The notes under the pieces are model-generated. The model was not told the origin of the DNA, did not search any database, and saw nothing but the letters and a program-made list of their open reading frames with translations. DNA of 63,891 nucleotides, filler included, from Candidatus Zhuqueibacterota bacterium (GTDB lineage: Bacteria; BS750m-G25), in assembly GCA_016783505.1 (NCBI GenBank). It is 5 parts of 5 records of this genome, joined end to end, with 100 filler letters (N's around TTAATTAATTAA, not from the genome) between each part and the next. Parts side by side here need not be neighbours in the genome. Positions count along the whole stretch, not along the records: positions 26,488 to 57,649 come from JADHWK010000024.1; 4 more parts are not named here. One strand, written 5' to 3'. Below, piece after piece: positions 28,944 through 39,675 of this stretch. The translations under genes were made by a program, and so were the position numbers. Positions within the stretch are counted from its first letter, which is position 1. The number at the start of each line of letters is the position of its first letter.

Positions 28944-30107
28944 TCATCCGCTTATCAAAGTTTTTTTAAGAAGAACCTGCTGGTAAACTTTTATCGTTTC
29001 GTCCACCGTTTTTTCTATACTAAACCCTTGGGCCCATTGCTTACCCCTCTTTTGGAGCTGACGATAAAAATCAACGTCATGAAGCAGCCTGGCAATGGCT
29101 TCAGCTATGGCTCCAGGGTTTTGGGGGGGAACTAAAAATCCCGTTTCACCATCTTGCACGACATCCATTACACCCCCCACCCTGGTGGCGATCACCGGAA
29201 CCCCGGCGGCCATGGCTTCAATCAATACCCGGCCCATACCCTCGTTTAAAGAAGAAAGGACAAACAGGTCAAGTGAGTGCATAATATCGGGGATATCGTT
29301 CCGCTGACCGACAAAAACCAACCGCTTATCCTTCATCAAGGGAGTCCCCTGCTTTTCCAATTCAGGCTTCAAAGGACCCGCCCCGACAATCAGAAATTTA
29401 ACTTCAGGATTTTTCTGCCCCAATATTCGTGCTGCCTCGATAAAATACCCACACCCTTTTACCGGAACTAACCGACCAACCCATCCCACCACCTTGTTCT
29501 GGGGGGAAAACCCGAATTGATGTCTTAGTTCCCGGGGGGTTCTGGTAGGTCGGACAAACTTTTCCAGATCAATGCCGCAGTGGATGGGCACCAGTTGAAC
29601 CGCTTTCCCGATGCGAAACCGAAGATGGTCCTCTTTTTCCTGTCCGGTCAGGGTGATAATGCGGTCGGTGAACCGGGCGGTTATCCTCTCGGCGAGGATG
29701 AAAAACCAGGTAGTCACTGGGCCGAAATAGCCGTAGAAAATATGTCCGTGGGGGGTGTGGACGATACCCGGAACCCGGCAGGCCCGGGCGGCCCAGCGGC
29801 CTAAAATACCCGCCTTTGAGGTATTGGTATGTACGATATGGGGGACTTCTGTTTTAATGATATGAAATAATCTGAGATAAGCTAAAAAATCAATCAGGGG
29901 ATTACCCCCCCTTTTCAGGGATTTTATCCCTAAAATAGGTATTCCGGTCCCACGGGAATATTCCTGCAAATTACCCTCCGGGTTGTCGGTGGGTCCGGTG
30001 ACGATTTTTATTTCAAAACCCTTCTTTCTTAATCCTGCTGCTAATTGAAGGGTGACCTCAGCAGATCCCCCTTTTTCAAGGCGAGTGATGATTTGAAGAA
30101 TTTTCAT
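28944..30107 (-). CDS. GT4 glycosyltransferase
   Basis: HTNTSKAG, GRLVPVKG, EGMGRVLIEAMA. Confidence 0.9.
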   Translation of the reverse strand: MKILQIITRLEKGGSAEVTLQLAAGLRKKGFEIKIVTGPTDNPEGNLQEYSRGTGIPILGIKSLKRGGNPLIDFLAYLRLFHIIKTEVPHIVHTNTSKAGILGRWAARACRVPGIVHTPHGHIFYGYFGPVTTWFFILAERITARFTDRIITLTGQEKEDHLRFRIGKAVQLVPIHCGIDLEKFVRPTRTPRELRHQFGFSPQNKVVGWVGRLVPVKGCGYFIEAARILGQKNPEVKFLIVGAGPLKPELEKQGTPLMKDKRLVFVGQRNDIPDIMHSLDLFVLSSLNEGMGRVLIEAMAAGVPVIATRVGGVMDVVQDGETGFLVPPQNPGAIAEAIARLLHDVDFYRQLQKRGKQWAQGFSIEKTVDETIKVYQQVLLKKTLISG

Positions 30108-30345
30108 TATGGATTCGGAAAATCGCGTTAGTAGAAATTGCTTGTTTTGAGAATCAATTAAAAATTTTTTGATATTTACCGATTATGTTTCGGAATTTCT
30201 AAGAACAAAAAACGGTTAAAACCGTTATATTTTTGGTTCTTTATTTCTTTTCCCTACCCTACTATCTTAAACCGTTTTAGCGGTTTTTTACAGCTTAGGT
30301 TGACGCCTATGTGAAGGTTCGGGATGGGGGCTTCATCCTTAAAGT

Positions 30346-30419
30346 GCGCCGGTAGTCCAATCTGACAGAACACGCCTCCGGCGAAGGCGTAGGTTGTGGG
30401 TTCGAATCCCACCGGGGCC
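30346..30419 (+). tRNA. tRNA-like sequence or pseudo-tRNA, possibly derived from tRNA-Arg(CCG)
   Basis: GCGCCGG/CCGGGGC acceptor stem, T-arm GTGGG-TTCGAAT-CCCAC, stem ACGCC/GGCGT with 9-nt loop; weak D-arm; no CCA. Confidence 0.5.
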
Positions 30420-30421
30420 CC

Positions 30422-31585
30422 TTAATACCGATAAAGTTCCGTGCAGCGGCTGCAGACGGGAAAGGTTTTCCTTTCTTTCACCACTCGTCGGAAGTCCCGA
30501 TAGGCATCGCTGTTCCAAATTTCCTTAAAACCCGTCTCCTTTAAATTACCACCGGAAAAATTGATGGAATGAAAGGGACGCACCGAGCCGTCGGGGAAGA
30601 TATAGGCCACCATCCAGGGTGAGAGACAACGGTTCCGATAGCTCACTGGCTCGAATTCTAAATTCGAATAATAGCGTTTCACTTCATTGTCTGAAAAGTT
30701 AGGATAAAATGAGATGTCCACCGATGATGACCTTTTTTTAATTTCATGTATTTTTTCAATCAGGTAATCCACATCAATACGGGGAGAGGCCGCCCGAATA
30801 AAACCGGCCCAGTCGAAACAGGAGCGGCCAAAACGGGGCCGGAAAAAATCCTCATGACGGTCGAATATCTCCTGTGAGATAAAAATTAAATGGTGAAAGG
30901 TGATTGATTTCGCCCTTAAATCCTCGGCGATGTCAATCATTTCTTCCAGATGATGATAGCAGTCTTCGAAAATGGTCCCGGCAAGGTTAAGCTGGGGCTT
31001 TTTCCTGTTTCGCTTTTCCTTAAGTTCGTTGATCTTTTTAAGTCCAATCACCGCCCGGTCGAAAGTGCCCATGGTCCCCCGGATGCGGTCGTGGATTTCC
31101 CGGGGACCGTCTAAGGAAAAGATGATCTCATCCACCCCCAGGTCGACGATGAGCCCGGCGTTTCTTTCAAGCAATGTACCGTTGGTTATGATGTTGCAGC
31201 GCATCCCTTTTTCTTTGGCCCGCTGGACGATCCTATCCCAGCCCTTATACAGGAGAGGCTCGCCTCCGAACAGGGTGATATTGGGCTTGAAGGAACTTAC
31301 TTCATCAATCAGTCTTAAAAAGACATCCGGGGTCAATTCTTGGCGCAACATTTCCGGGGTATAAAATTTGGCCGACCCCACCTCTCCCCATTGCCCGCAC
31401 ATAGTGCAGCGGAGGTTGCAACGATAGGTTAAAAAAAGGGAGATCGTCTCCGGGTAAGCGCTTTTCCCATCCCACAAATAATAGCTTAAATAGGATTTCA
31501 GGCGTCTCCAGAAATTCCTGATAGCATAATCAGGCTGGGACAGGGCCTTCTTAAACTCCCGGATGAAATTTCTGCGGGGAATCAT
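30422..31585 (-). CDS. Radical SAM protein with SPASM/twitch domain
   Basis: CNLRCTMC, GGEPLL, CLSPW...DGSVRP, CSRC. Confidence 0.88.
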   Translation of the reverse strand: MIPRRNFIREFKKALSQPDYAIRNFWRRLKSYLSYYLWDGKSAYPETISLFLTYRCNLRCTMCGQWGEVGSAKFYTPEMLRQELTPDVFLRLIDEVSSFKPNITLFGGEPLLYKGWDRIVQRAKEKGMRCNIITNGTLLERNAGLIVDLGVDEIIFSLDGPREIHDRIRGTMGTFDRAVIGLKKINELKEKRNRKKPQLNLAGTIFEDCYHHLEEMIDIAEDLRAKSITFHHLIFISQEIFDRHEDFFRPRFGRSCFDWAGFIRAASPRIDVDYLIEKIHEIKKRSSSVDISFYPNFSDNEVKRYYSNLEFEPVSYRNRCLSPWMVAYIFPDGSVRPFHSINFSGGNLKETGFKEIWNSDAYRDFRRVVKERKTFPVCSRCTELYRY

Positions 31586-31739
31586 AATTGAGTTCTATAC
31601 TATTGTATTTTCGATTAAACTGTTCAAAGTCCCCCTTTTCTAAAGGGGGATTTTTCTTGTTGAATGGAAGCATTTCTATAAATCCCCACCTACCCTTCCT
31701 TAAAAAAAAGGGGGGGGTACTATTGTAAGATCGACAATT

Positions 31740-31804
31740 TTAATAACTTAATAAATTAATTATTTAATAACTTAATTACTTAATAACTTAATTACTTAAT
31801 TACT
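31740..31804. repeat. Octamer tandem repeat (TTAATTAC/TTAATAAC)
   Basis: About 8 degenerate units. Confidence 0.75.
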
Positions 31805-31873
31805 AAAAAAATACAGGAATATTTCGGATCGAAAAAGTTGATAGGCTATTCGGTACCCACTATATGTTCCGAT

Positions 31874-33076
31874 TTAGTTCATCTTCGGAAAATGTTGGTC
31901 AAAAACTTGAACGACCTTCTCCAGATCATCCCGCCGCATGATGGGATGGGTGGGTATAAGCAACAGGTGCCTGGAAAGATAGGTAGCATTGGGAAATGGG
32001 TCTTCGGTCAGGTCATATCCCAGGTCGTAGACTTCATGGATGGGATAGGGATAAAGAACGGTAGCTTCAACCCCAGATGCTACGATCTCATTCAAAATGA
32101 GATCTCTTTTTTGTTCATCCTCGATAATTATAGGAAATTGATTGAATGCAGGTTTAGATCGGGGTAAAATTTTGGGTAGAACAAGACCCTTCCTTCCAGC
32201 AAGATGACGGTATAAAAAAAGGCCGTTTGAAGTTCTAACTTTAAATATTTGCTCAGCCCGCTGAAAGATCGCCAGCCCCAAGGCGGCTTGCAGTCCGGTA
32301 TACTGATGGGCGGCAAAATCGGGGTGCAATGCCGTGTACTTAAAACCCGATATGACCGGCTTAAAAAGAGTATAAAACCAGGGACGGACAGCCAGGGCCA
32401 GTCCTATGACCTTTGCCGCTATCCCCAGCTTTGAAAGACCATTTGGGGCATCCAGTTTCTCCCTTTCCTCCTCGATCGCCAGAGCCAGCTCTGGATCGTC
32501 GGTGCAGATCAGCCCCCCGGAAAGAGTGGATAAGTTCTTGCCCCGATTAAAGCTGTAAAACCCCACATTCCCAAGAGTACCCGTCAGTTGACCGTTTAAA
32601 ACAGCCCCCATGGAAGAAGCGGCATCATCAACCACAAAGGCCCCCTCATTTTTTGAAACATCCACCAACTCGTCCATGGCACAAGGCATGCCGAACATAT
32701 GAACGGGTAAAAGACAGAGGGTCTCCCAGCTAAGCAATAGACCCGTTTTTTCTACATCCAGATTGAACGTTTCTAAGGAAACATCCACCAGTCTGGGCTT
32801 TAATCCGGTTGCATTAATGGGCAAGATAAGGGAAGGGGCGGTATACGCTGGCAAGAGCACATCCCCCCGATTGGAAAAACGCTTAAGGGCCTTGAGGATG
32901 ACATAAAAGGCCGTCGTCCCCGAATTGACCAAAAAGCAATATCTTTGACCCAAATATTCCTGAAAGAAGGTTTCAAATTTTTGCACGGCCCGGGAGCCGT
33001 CCAAAACAGCCAAAAAGGCCTGTACTAAATCTTGAAATAGAATAGGTGTTCCGGCAGATGGAATGATCCATCCCAT
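31874..33076 (-). CDS. DegT/DnrJ-family PLP-dependent aminotransferase
   Basis: NSGTTA, DDAAS, YSFNRGKNL...GG. Confidence 0.85.
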   Translation of the reverse strand: MGWIIPSAGTPILFQDLVQAFLAVLDGSRAVQKFETFFQEYLGQRYCFLVNSGTTAFYVILKALKRFSNRGDVLLPAYTAPSLILPINATGLKPRLVDVSLETFNLDVEKTGLLLSWETLCLLPVHMFGMPCAMDELVDVSKNEGAFVVDDAASSMGAVLNGQLTGTLGNVGFYSFNRGKNLSTLSGGLICTDDPELALAIEEEREKLDAPNGLSKLGIAAKVIGLALAVRPWFYTLFKPVISGFKYTALHPDFAAHQYTGLQAALGLAIFQRAEQIFKVRTSNGLFLYRHLAGRKGLVLPKILPRSKPAFNQFPIIIEDEQKRDLILNEIVASGVEATVLYPYPIHEVYDLGYDLTEDPFPNATYLSRHLLLIPTHPIMRRDDLEKVVQVFDQHFPKMN

Positions 33077-33254
33077 AGTTCATATCCAGCAAATTCTACA
33101 AACTGACTGGGGAAATACAGGACAAGAAGTCTGTCCGGTTGGGCCGGTTATCCCTACGGGCTGTATGCCAATCTTCCAACCTTCCATTCTTCCATCCTTC
33201 CATAACACCCTCCAGAGCGGGCCTTTAGGATTGTCCTCCACTGGGTGGGCAGAC

Positions 33255-33908
33255 CTACGGATCGGACCCCGCTCTTCCCGCTTCGACTAGATAAGCCAAG
33301 GCCAACAACTTATGGGGTTTTCCAACCGGTACGATGCGTAATATTCTAAAACCGAATTTTTCTAAAATGGCTTTAATCTCCTTAATAAAGTAAGCCCTGG
33401 TGGGAAAATTTCCCCATAGGGAATGCCAGAGGTATTTCAGCCGTATTCCGGGATTGTGTTTATTTCTGAAATCAAAAATTATTTTACCATTATCAGTACA
33501 ACTTCTTCCCATTTCCTTTAAAAACTCCATTACTTCTTTCTTAGATTTCAGATTGAAAAGGGTATTTACACACAGGACCCTGGCGATGCTTCTGTTCTTT
33601 ATGGGCAATAAAAAACCATCCCCCTGGATGAGGGGAATTCCACTCATGTGGTTATCCCGAAATATTTCTTTTGCCTCTAGAAGAAGTTCCCACGAAGAAT
33701 CAAGGCCTAGATAACCTCCATGGTTTATTCCAGAAGCTTTGGCCTCCACAAAAAGCAAGCCGTTTCCGCAGCCCACATCCAGCACTCTCCCGTTAACCCC
33801 CTGGGTTAACCGAACGGCCGCTTCCCGGATGTTGGAAGTCAGAGTCCCTAGAAAGGCCTTTTTTCTTCTCACACCACCAAGGTCTATTGACCGGCAACAG
33901 TTCACCAC
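33255..33908 (-). CDS. Class I SAM-dependent methyltransferase (start uncertain)
   Basis: VLDVGCGNG, GLDSS. Confidence 0.75.
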   Translation of the reverse strand: MVNCCRSIDLGGVRRKKAFLGTLTSNIREAAVRLTQGVNGRVLDVGCGNGLLFVEAKASGINHGGYLGLDSSWELLLEAKEIFRDNHMSGIPLIQGDGFLLPIKNRSIARVLCVNTLFNLKSKKEVMEFLKEMGRSCTDNGKIIFDFRNKHNPGIRLKYLWHSLWGNFPTRAYFIKEIKAILEKFGFRILRIVPVGKPHKLLALAYLVEAGRAGSDP

Positions 33909-34288
33909 GGAATCTCACGGAAATATACAGAAGCGTTCAGCTATCAGCCTTCAGCTTTTAGCGTATAACCTTTACTTTTCTAAAAACTCATAGTGACAAG
34001 ACCCATATAGATTAAAGTGAATCAGAATATCCGTCAGGCGCCGGACTGATCAGAGTATCAGAATACCAGATAATTTTCTCCATGCGATGTTTAACTCGTT
34101 TATATTATCCTGTTCTCCTGATCCTCTGATCTTCTTCTCGCTGATCCCCTGATCAACTGATATACTTATTCCCATAAGAAACTTCCGGCTTTTTAATCCT
34201 CAAAGACCGCCGGTTACTGTTACGCCTTTACTATACAAAAATCATATCCCGAAGCTCGGTATGTTCACGATTTTCCAAGCATGGAAGT

Positions 34289-35572
34289 TCACCTCGTTAA
34301 TATCTTATACACGCGTTTTGCCAACAACCGCCAGTCAAACTCCGCCACCGCCCGGTCCCGGCCTCTGGCACCCATTTCTTGGGCAAGTTCCTCATTATCT
34401 AAAAGCCTAAGGATTGCCCCTGAAATTTCCTCAACCGAGGACGGGTCAACCAACAGGCCGGTTTCCCCCTCTACCACCGCTTCAGTGACACCCCCAGACT
34501 TCCCCCCGATCACCGGCTTACCGCAGGCGGCCGCTTCCAGGAAAACGATGCCAAATCCCTCGTAATCGCCCTTAAGCCGCCAGTAATCCTCCGTCTCCCG
34601 ATTGGGCAGCACGAAGATATCGCACAGATTGTAACAGTCGGGCAATTCGGGATCGGGGACGAAGCCGGCGAAAATAACGTGCCTTTTAAGACCAAACCCA
34701 TCCACCAGCCCCCGGAGTCTCCCCTCCTCCCTTCCCCTGCCCACGATAATATATTTTAGATGGGGCCATTTTTCCAGAACCTGGGGCAGGGCTTCGATCA
34801 CCTTATCATGACCCTTACGCTCGTCCAGCCTGGAAACCGTCAACAGCACCCTGCACCCTTCCATTCCAAATTTTTTTACCAGATCAGTGCGCGGCGGTTC
34901 CGGGTGAAAGAAGGTGGTATCCACCCCGGGGGTGATCTTCACCATCTTTTCGTCGGAAACCCCGAAGTCCCGGTATTCCTGTAGCGTAAAATCGCTGTTG
35001 GGGACGATCTGGGCTGCGGAGGCGAGGACCTTTTTCATCAAGCCAGAAAGAAATATGGAATGACCGAAACGTACAGTCTCCGATCCATAGACATAAATCG
35101 TATACGGAACCTTCAGCAGACGTTTGCACAACCAACCCGCGGGACCAGAAGCAACGATCTGTCCGCAATGTAGTTTATCTACACGTAGGGTTTTGACGTA
35201 ATGAAGGACCCAAAAGGCGTTCAGCAACGTTTTAAAAATCTTGGCTAGCAAGGATTCCCCCAAAGGCCATCCTTTACGGATCACCCTGAGGGTATCTTTT
35301 CGATCAAACTCTTTATCGCCTCCCGTCTTCGGTGCTAAAATAAACACGCTCTTACGGGGAAGAAAACGCCAGAGCTGATAAAAGTAAGTCGAGATCCCAC
35401 TGACGATGGGGGGAAAATCGTTGGTGATCAGTAAACTCCGCCTTCCGCTCCCCGCTCTCTGCCGTCCTGTTCCCGTATCCCGTATCTTCGAATACCCATC
35501 TGATAAAATCTTCAAACATCCCCCTTTTCCAGCGTAAAATAACCCCAGATAAACCCAAACATATAGCACCAA
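34289..35572 (-). CDS. GT4 glycosyltransferase (PimB-like; true start likely downstream of 35572)
   Basis: ITNDFPP, SRLDERKG, EGFGIVFLEAAACG. Confidence 0.9.
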   Translation of the reverse strand: MVLYVWVYLGLFYAGKGGCLKILSDGYSKIRDTGTGRQRAGSGRRSLLITNDFPPIVSGISTYFYQLWRFLPRKSVFILAPKTGGDKEFDRKDTLRVIRKGWPLGESLLAKIFKTLLNAFWVLHYVKTLRVDKLHCGQIVASGPAGWLCKRLLKVPYTIYVYGSETVRFGHSIFLSGLMKKVLASAAQIVPNSDFTLQEYRDFGVSDEKMVKITPGVDTTFFHPEPPRTDLVKKFGMEGCRVLLTVSRLDERKGHDKVIEALPQVLEKWPHLKYIIVGRGREEGRLRGLVDGFGLKRHVIFAGFVPDPELPDCYNLCDIFVLPNRETEDYWRLKGDYEGFGIVFLEAAACGKPVIGGKSGGVTEAVVEGETGLLVDPSSVEEISGAILRLLDNEELAQEMGARGRDRAVAEFDWRLLAKRVYKILTR

Positions 35573-36411
35573 AGGGAGATAAAATAGATAAAACGCAGGT
35601 GCATAAGGGCTTTTACCAGTTTCATCCCATAGCGAAAGGTCCTTCTCAGTACCGATATTTTTTCTACAAAATCATCGGTATGAACCTCGGGTAGGTCAAT
35701 CACCCATTGGGGGAAAAATTTATTGACATAGGCGGCCATCTTCCCGTTGCGAAAGAACTGTTTTAAAAGGGTCAAAGGATTGTTTGGGGGCAAATGATGG
35801 ACCCACGTGTTGGGAATTACCACTACTCTGTATCCAGCTTTTCGAATTGCACTCCGCAAATAAGGGTCAAGGCCCCTGGGAATCATCTCATTTTCCCCCC
35901 CCACTTCAAAGAAAACCCTTTTGGGAATGGCGCAGCAGGGGTGCTCCGCTAAATCGCTTTCTGTAATTTTTTTAACTAAACCGGAATGCCTCCGTGGGAT
36001 TTCCTTCATCGTCTGCCGCACCAATAAGGGGGCCTTGGGGGGAACCAAATTGGAGACGCCCGCCATGCCAATATCTGAATGTGAATGTAATACATCCAGT
36101 AAGTTTTTGAAAACATCATCATGACCTAATTGGGTGTCGTCATCGAGGATAATGAGGATTTCCCCCCGAGATTTTTCCGCACCCACGTTGATGGCTCGAC
36201 CCTGGCGGCGATCACCATTGACGATGATGGTTTCAAAACTTTGATAGGATTGTTTACGTAATTGCCTGAGAAGGTTCTGAAAATAGCCATCCCGACTCCC
36301 ATCTAAAGTAGGAATGATAACGGAGACCTCGGGTTTTGGACCGGCCTTGTCAACAACTTCGATTTCGCCCCAAAACCCGTTCTCTTTATATCTAACAAAG
36401 TTACGATCCAT
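35512..36411 (-). CDS. GT2 glycosyltransferase
   Basis: VSVIIPT, ILDDD. Confidence 0.85.
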   Translation of the reverse strand: MDRNFVRYKENGFWGEIEVVDKAGPKPEVSVIIPTLDGSRDGYFQNLLRQLRKQSYQSFETIIVNGDRRQGRAINVGAEKSRGEILIILDDDTQLGHDDVFKNLLDVLHSHSDIGMAGVSNLVPPKAPLLVRQTMKEIPRRHSGLVKKITESDLAEHPCCAIPKRVFFEVGGENEMIPRGLDPYLRSAIRKAGYRVVVIPNTWVHHLPPNNPLTLLKQFFRNGKMAAYVNKFFPQWVIDLPEVHTDDFVEKISVLRRTFRYGMKLVKALMHLRFIYFISLWCYMFGFIWGYFTLEKGDV

Positions 36412-36700
36412 CAGCTATCCAAATATCGTCTAAACCAGAGTTCGAGAACCAACAGGAACCACAACTGATGATGAAATTCCCGGCGCCCAACGATGTGGTC
36501 ATCTATCATCCTTTTAATCCCTGATACATTGTAAAATCCCCGATCCCAGACCGCCCGACTCAACAGAACCTCCCGGATAAAAACCCGAAGTTCATCCCGA
36601 AACCATTCTTTCATTGGAGGCGTAAACCCCTGCTTTTTTTTGTAAACAATTTTGTGGGGTAGATATCTTGACATCAGTTTATAAAATATATTTGGTGGTT
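36411..36700 (-). pseudogene. Duplicated 3' end of asnB
   Basis: Near-identical to 37771-38060 (LPHKIVYKKKQGFTPP...HHQLW.LLVLELW.RRYLDS). Confidence 0.85.
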
Positions 36701-36723
36701 TTAGTTTCTATTTTGTGGCCATT

Positions 36724-37569
36724 TTAATTTGCTTTAATTATGAAACTCGAGCATAGTATTTTATTTATTAAAGGAACTCTGGTAATAAGTTTTTCAAAGG
36801 GAAATCTCCCATGAATATAAAATAATTGACACTTCTTGAATCCAGTCTTATTTAAAATTTTTCTCATTGACTTTGGATCTGTAACACCTATATGAGTATC
36901 TTGAAAATGAAAATTTTGTTCAAAGGGGTTTTGAAGTTTAATTAATGCTAAAAACCTTCTTAAAAATAAGCTGATCCTATATCTCCATAGATTGTCTGTG
37001 TTGAGTATTAATGTGCCATTTTTCTTTAAAATTCTTCGAATCTCAATGGCTGACAAAAGTTTATCACCATCATTGAGATGTTCAAAGAAATCCGCAGCTA
37101 TAACTATTGAAAATGTATTATCCCTAAAACCCTGATGCATAGCATTCATACAGATGTAATTAAATGGTCTATTATAATTAAGTTTTGTATAAATCTTTTT
37201 GGAAATAGCGATTATTTTTTTGTCTAAATCAAGGGCATAACACATTGCTTTCTTGGAAACTTGCCAGTAAAATGACCCAAGATTAGAAGCAATATCTAAA
37301 ATGATATCCTGATTTTTCGTGTTTATATATTTCAGAATAGTAAAAATTCTTCTCTTATGATTTTCAATAAGTGATAAATAAAGTTTCCGTGTTAAACTAT
37401 CAAAGAAATCAAGAAGTTTCTTAGAAGGACAAAATGTGAAGTAAACAGACATGTAATATTCTAATAATAGATCTGGGAAAGGATACAAACTTCTAAGCAT
37501 CTGAATTTCATATGCCCCTCGATAGGAACCACCTTTCTTTAGAAGATACTTTGGAACTCTTCTTTCCAT
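36724..37569 (-). CDS. Class I SAM-dependent methyltransferase (AT-rich insert)
   Basis: ILDIASNLG, FFEHL, RILKKNG. Confidence 0.75.
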   Translation of the reverse strand: MERRVPKYLLKKGGSYRGAYEIQMLRSLYPFPDLLLEYYMSVYFTFCPSKKLLDFFDSLTRKLYLSLIENHKRRIFTILKYINTKNQDIILDIASNLGSFYWQVSKKAMCYALDLDKKIIAISKKIYTKLNYNRPFNYICMNAMHQGFRDNTFSIVIAADFFEHLNDGDKLLSAIEIRRILKKNGTLILNTDNLWRYRISLFLRRFLALIKLQNPFEQNFHFQDTHIGVTDPKSMRKILNKTGFKKCQLFYIHGRFPFEKLITRVPLINKILCSSFIIKAN

Positions 37570-37770
37570 CCTTAATGCCTTAATAGAAAATGTTTATTTA
37601 TGGATTATGTAAATTTAATCTTATAATAAATTTTTATAGATTTTTAATATTCTTTGTTCCATCTAAGATAGGGATGATAAAGGAGACCTCGGGATTCAAC
37701 CCGGCTCCCTTTATAACTTCGATTTTGCCCTCAAAACCGTCCTCCCTATATCTGACAAAGGAACGATCCT

Positions 37771-39672
37771 TTAGCTATCCAAATATCGTCTACACCAGAG
37801 TTCAAGGACCAGCAGAACCCACAACTGGTGATGAAATTCCCGGCGCCCGGCAATGTGATCATCAATCATCCTTTTAACCCCAGATATATTAAAGAAGCCC
37901 CGATCCCGGGCCGTCCGACTTAACAGAATCTCCCGGATATAATCCCGAAGTTCGTTCCGGAACCATTCCTTTAACGGGGGGGTAAAACCCTGCTTTTTCT
38001 TATAAACAATTTTATGGGGCAAATGTCTGGACATAAGTTTCTTCAAAATATACTTGGTACTAAATCCCTTTATTTTCAGGGACGGCGGAATGCGAGCCGC
38101 AAATTCCACCAGCCGATGATCGAGCAGGGGGACCCGAACCTCCAGCGAATGGGCCATACTCATGCGATCCACTTTGAAGAGCAGATCATCGGGAAGATAC
38201 ATCATCGTCTCTTGATTTAAAAGCGCATTGATGGGCTCAGAAGGGTTTCCCAAGAATTTTCCGTCAAAGTAGGATCTTGCCAACTCATGGGGATCATAAT
38301 ATTTGAATTCCTCTTTCAATTCTGGAGAGCAATAGGCATCAATTAGCGAGGAATTAAAATTGGTTATCAGCCGCAAAAAGGTTTCCTGATGTCCTCGTTT
38401 AAAATCGTTCATGAACCGTTTCGTCTGGGCCCAAAGGCCCTCTCTCTGTTGAGTATCCTTAAAGAAGTTATGCACCAGGGGGGCAAAAACATTATCTCGA
38501 ATGGATCCTGGAAGTTTTTCATAGACCAAAATTGATTTAATGACCAAATACCGCTCGTATCCGGCAAACAACTCATCTCCTCCGTCCCCGGACAGGGCCA
38601 CAGTAACCTGATTCCTGGTAAATTCCGACAAGAGAAAAGTGGGAATGACGGAAGAATCCCCCATGGGCTCGTCAAGATAGTCCATAATCTTAGAAAACAA
38701 ATTGACGGCATCGGGGTAAACCACCATTTGATGGTGGTCAGTACCCAGATGAGAGGCCGCCAGGGTAGAATATTCCAATTCGTTAAACGGACCCTTAATG
38801 GGAAATCCGATGGAAAAGGTCTTGACCTGACCATCCCCCGCTTTCATCATAAAGTTGCAGATGGTGCTGGAATCGATCCCCCCGCTTAAGAAAGCCCCCA
38901 GCGGCACCTCGCTCATTAGCCGGATTTTGACGGCGTCGGCGATTAACTCCTCGATCCTTTCCGTGCACTTATTCACCGTCAAACCAGGGTCAACATCGTA
39001 GGAAAGGGTCCAGTATTTTTTGATGTCCAGGATCCTATCCTTCAGGACAAGAAGATGTCCAGGGGGGAGCTTTTTGATCTGTTTATAGATGGTATAAGGA
39101 GCAGGGATATACAGATAGGTCAGATAATAGTAAATGGCCTGATAATCTAAGGTCAGATCCACATCATCGCAGGCCAGGATGGCTTTTATTTCGGAACCGA
39201 AGATAAATTTTTCGCCATCAACATAATAGTAGAGGGGCTTAATGCCCAGTCGGTCCCGGGTTAAAAGAAGGGATTGCCTTTCTGAATCCCATATGGCAAA
39301 GGCGAACATCCCGTTGAGGTCCTGGACGCAGGCTGCCCCCCTTTTTTCATAATTATGCAGGATAGCTTCCGTATCCGTTCTTGTCTTAAAACGGTGACCA
39401 TTGCTCACTAAACTTTCTCTCAAATCAAGGTGGTTATAAATTTCTCCGTTAAAGATGATTTGTTTGGAATTATCTTCATTGGCAATCGGCTGCTGCCCCC
39501 CGGATACATCAATGATGGCGAGCCGCCGCATGCCCAATCCCACATTCCGGTCAATAAAAAGCCCCTCATCGTCCGGACCGCGATGGGTTAAGGTGTGGCT
39601 CATCCCCCTTAACATTTCCGACCCGACCGATCTTCCCCGATCAAGATAAACTACACCGCAGATGCCGCACAT
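37771..39672 (-). CDS. asnB: Asparagine synthase-like glutamine amidotransferase (polysaccharide-locus type)
   Basis: MCGICG, HRGPDD, FNGEIYN, LSGGIDSS, SGDGGDELFAGY, KVDRMSMAHSLE.R.P. Confidence 0.93.
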   Translation of the reverse strand: MCGICGVVYLDRGRSVGSEMLRGMSHTLTHRGPDDEGLFIDRNVGLGMRRLAIIDVSGGQQPIANEDNSKQIIFNGEIYNHLDLRESLVSNGHRFKTRTDTEAILHNYEKRGAACVQDLNGMFAFAIWDSERQSLLLTRDRLGIKPLYYYVDGEKFIFGSEIKAILACDDVDLTLDYQAIYYYLTYLYIPAPYTIYKQIKKLPPGHLLVLKDRILDIKKYWTLSYDVDPGLTVNKCTERIEELIADAVKIRLMSEVPLGAFLSGGIDSSTICNFMMKAGDGQVKTFSIGFPIKGPFNELEYSTLAASHLGTDHHQMVVYPDAVNLFSKIMDYLDEPMGDSSVIPTFLLSEFTRNQVTVALSGDGGDELFAGYERYLVIKSILVYEKLPGSIRDNVFAPLVHNFFKDTQQREGLWAQTKRFMNDFKRGHQETFLRLITNFNSSLIDAYCSPELKEEFKYYDPHELARSYFDGKFLGNPSEPINALLNQETMMYLPDDLLFKVDRMSMAHSLEVRVPLLDHRLVEFAARIPPSLKIKGFSTKYILKKLMSRHLPHKIVYKKKQGFTPPLKEWFRNELRDYIREILLSRTARDRGFFNISGVKRMIDDHIAGRREFHHQLWVLLVLELWCRRYLDS

Positions 39673-39675
39673 GGC

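Noticed and set aside
37771-39672. asnB as lasso cyclase for the 56-aa peptide
   Set aside because: It keeps the N-terminal catalytic Cys glutaminase domain typical of polysaccharide amidotransferases, lies far from the RRE, and no B2 protease is visible; the peptide lacks the usual Thr(-2) before a clear ring start
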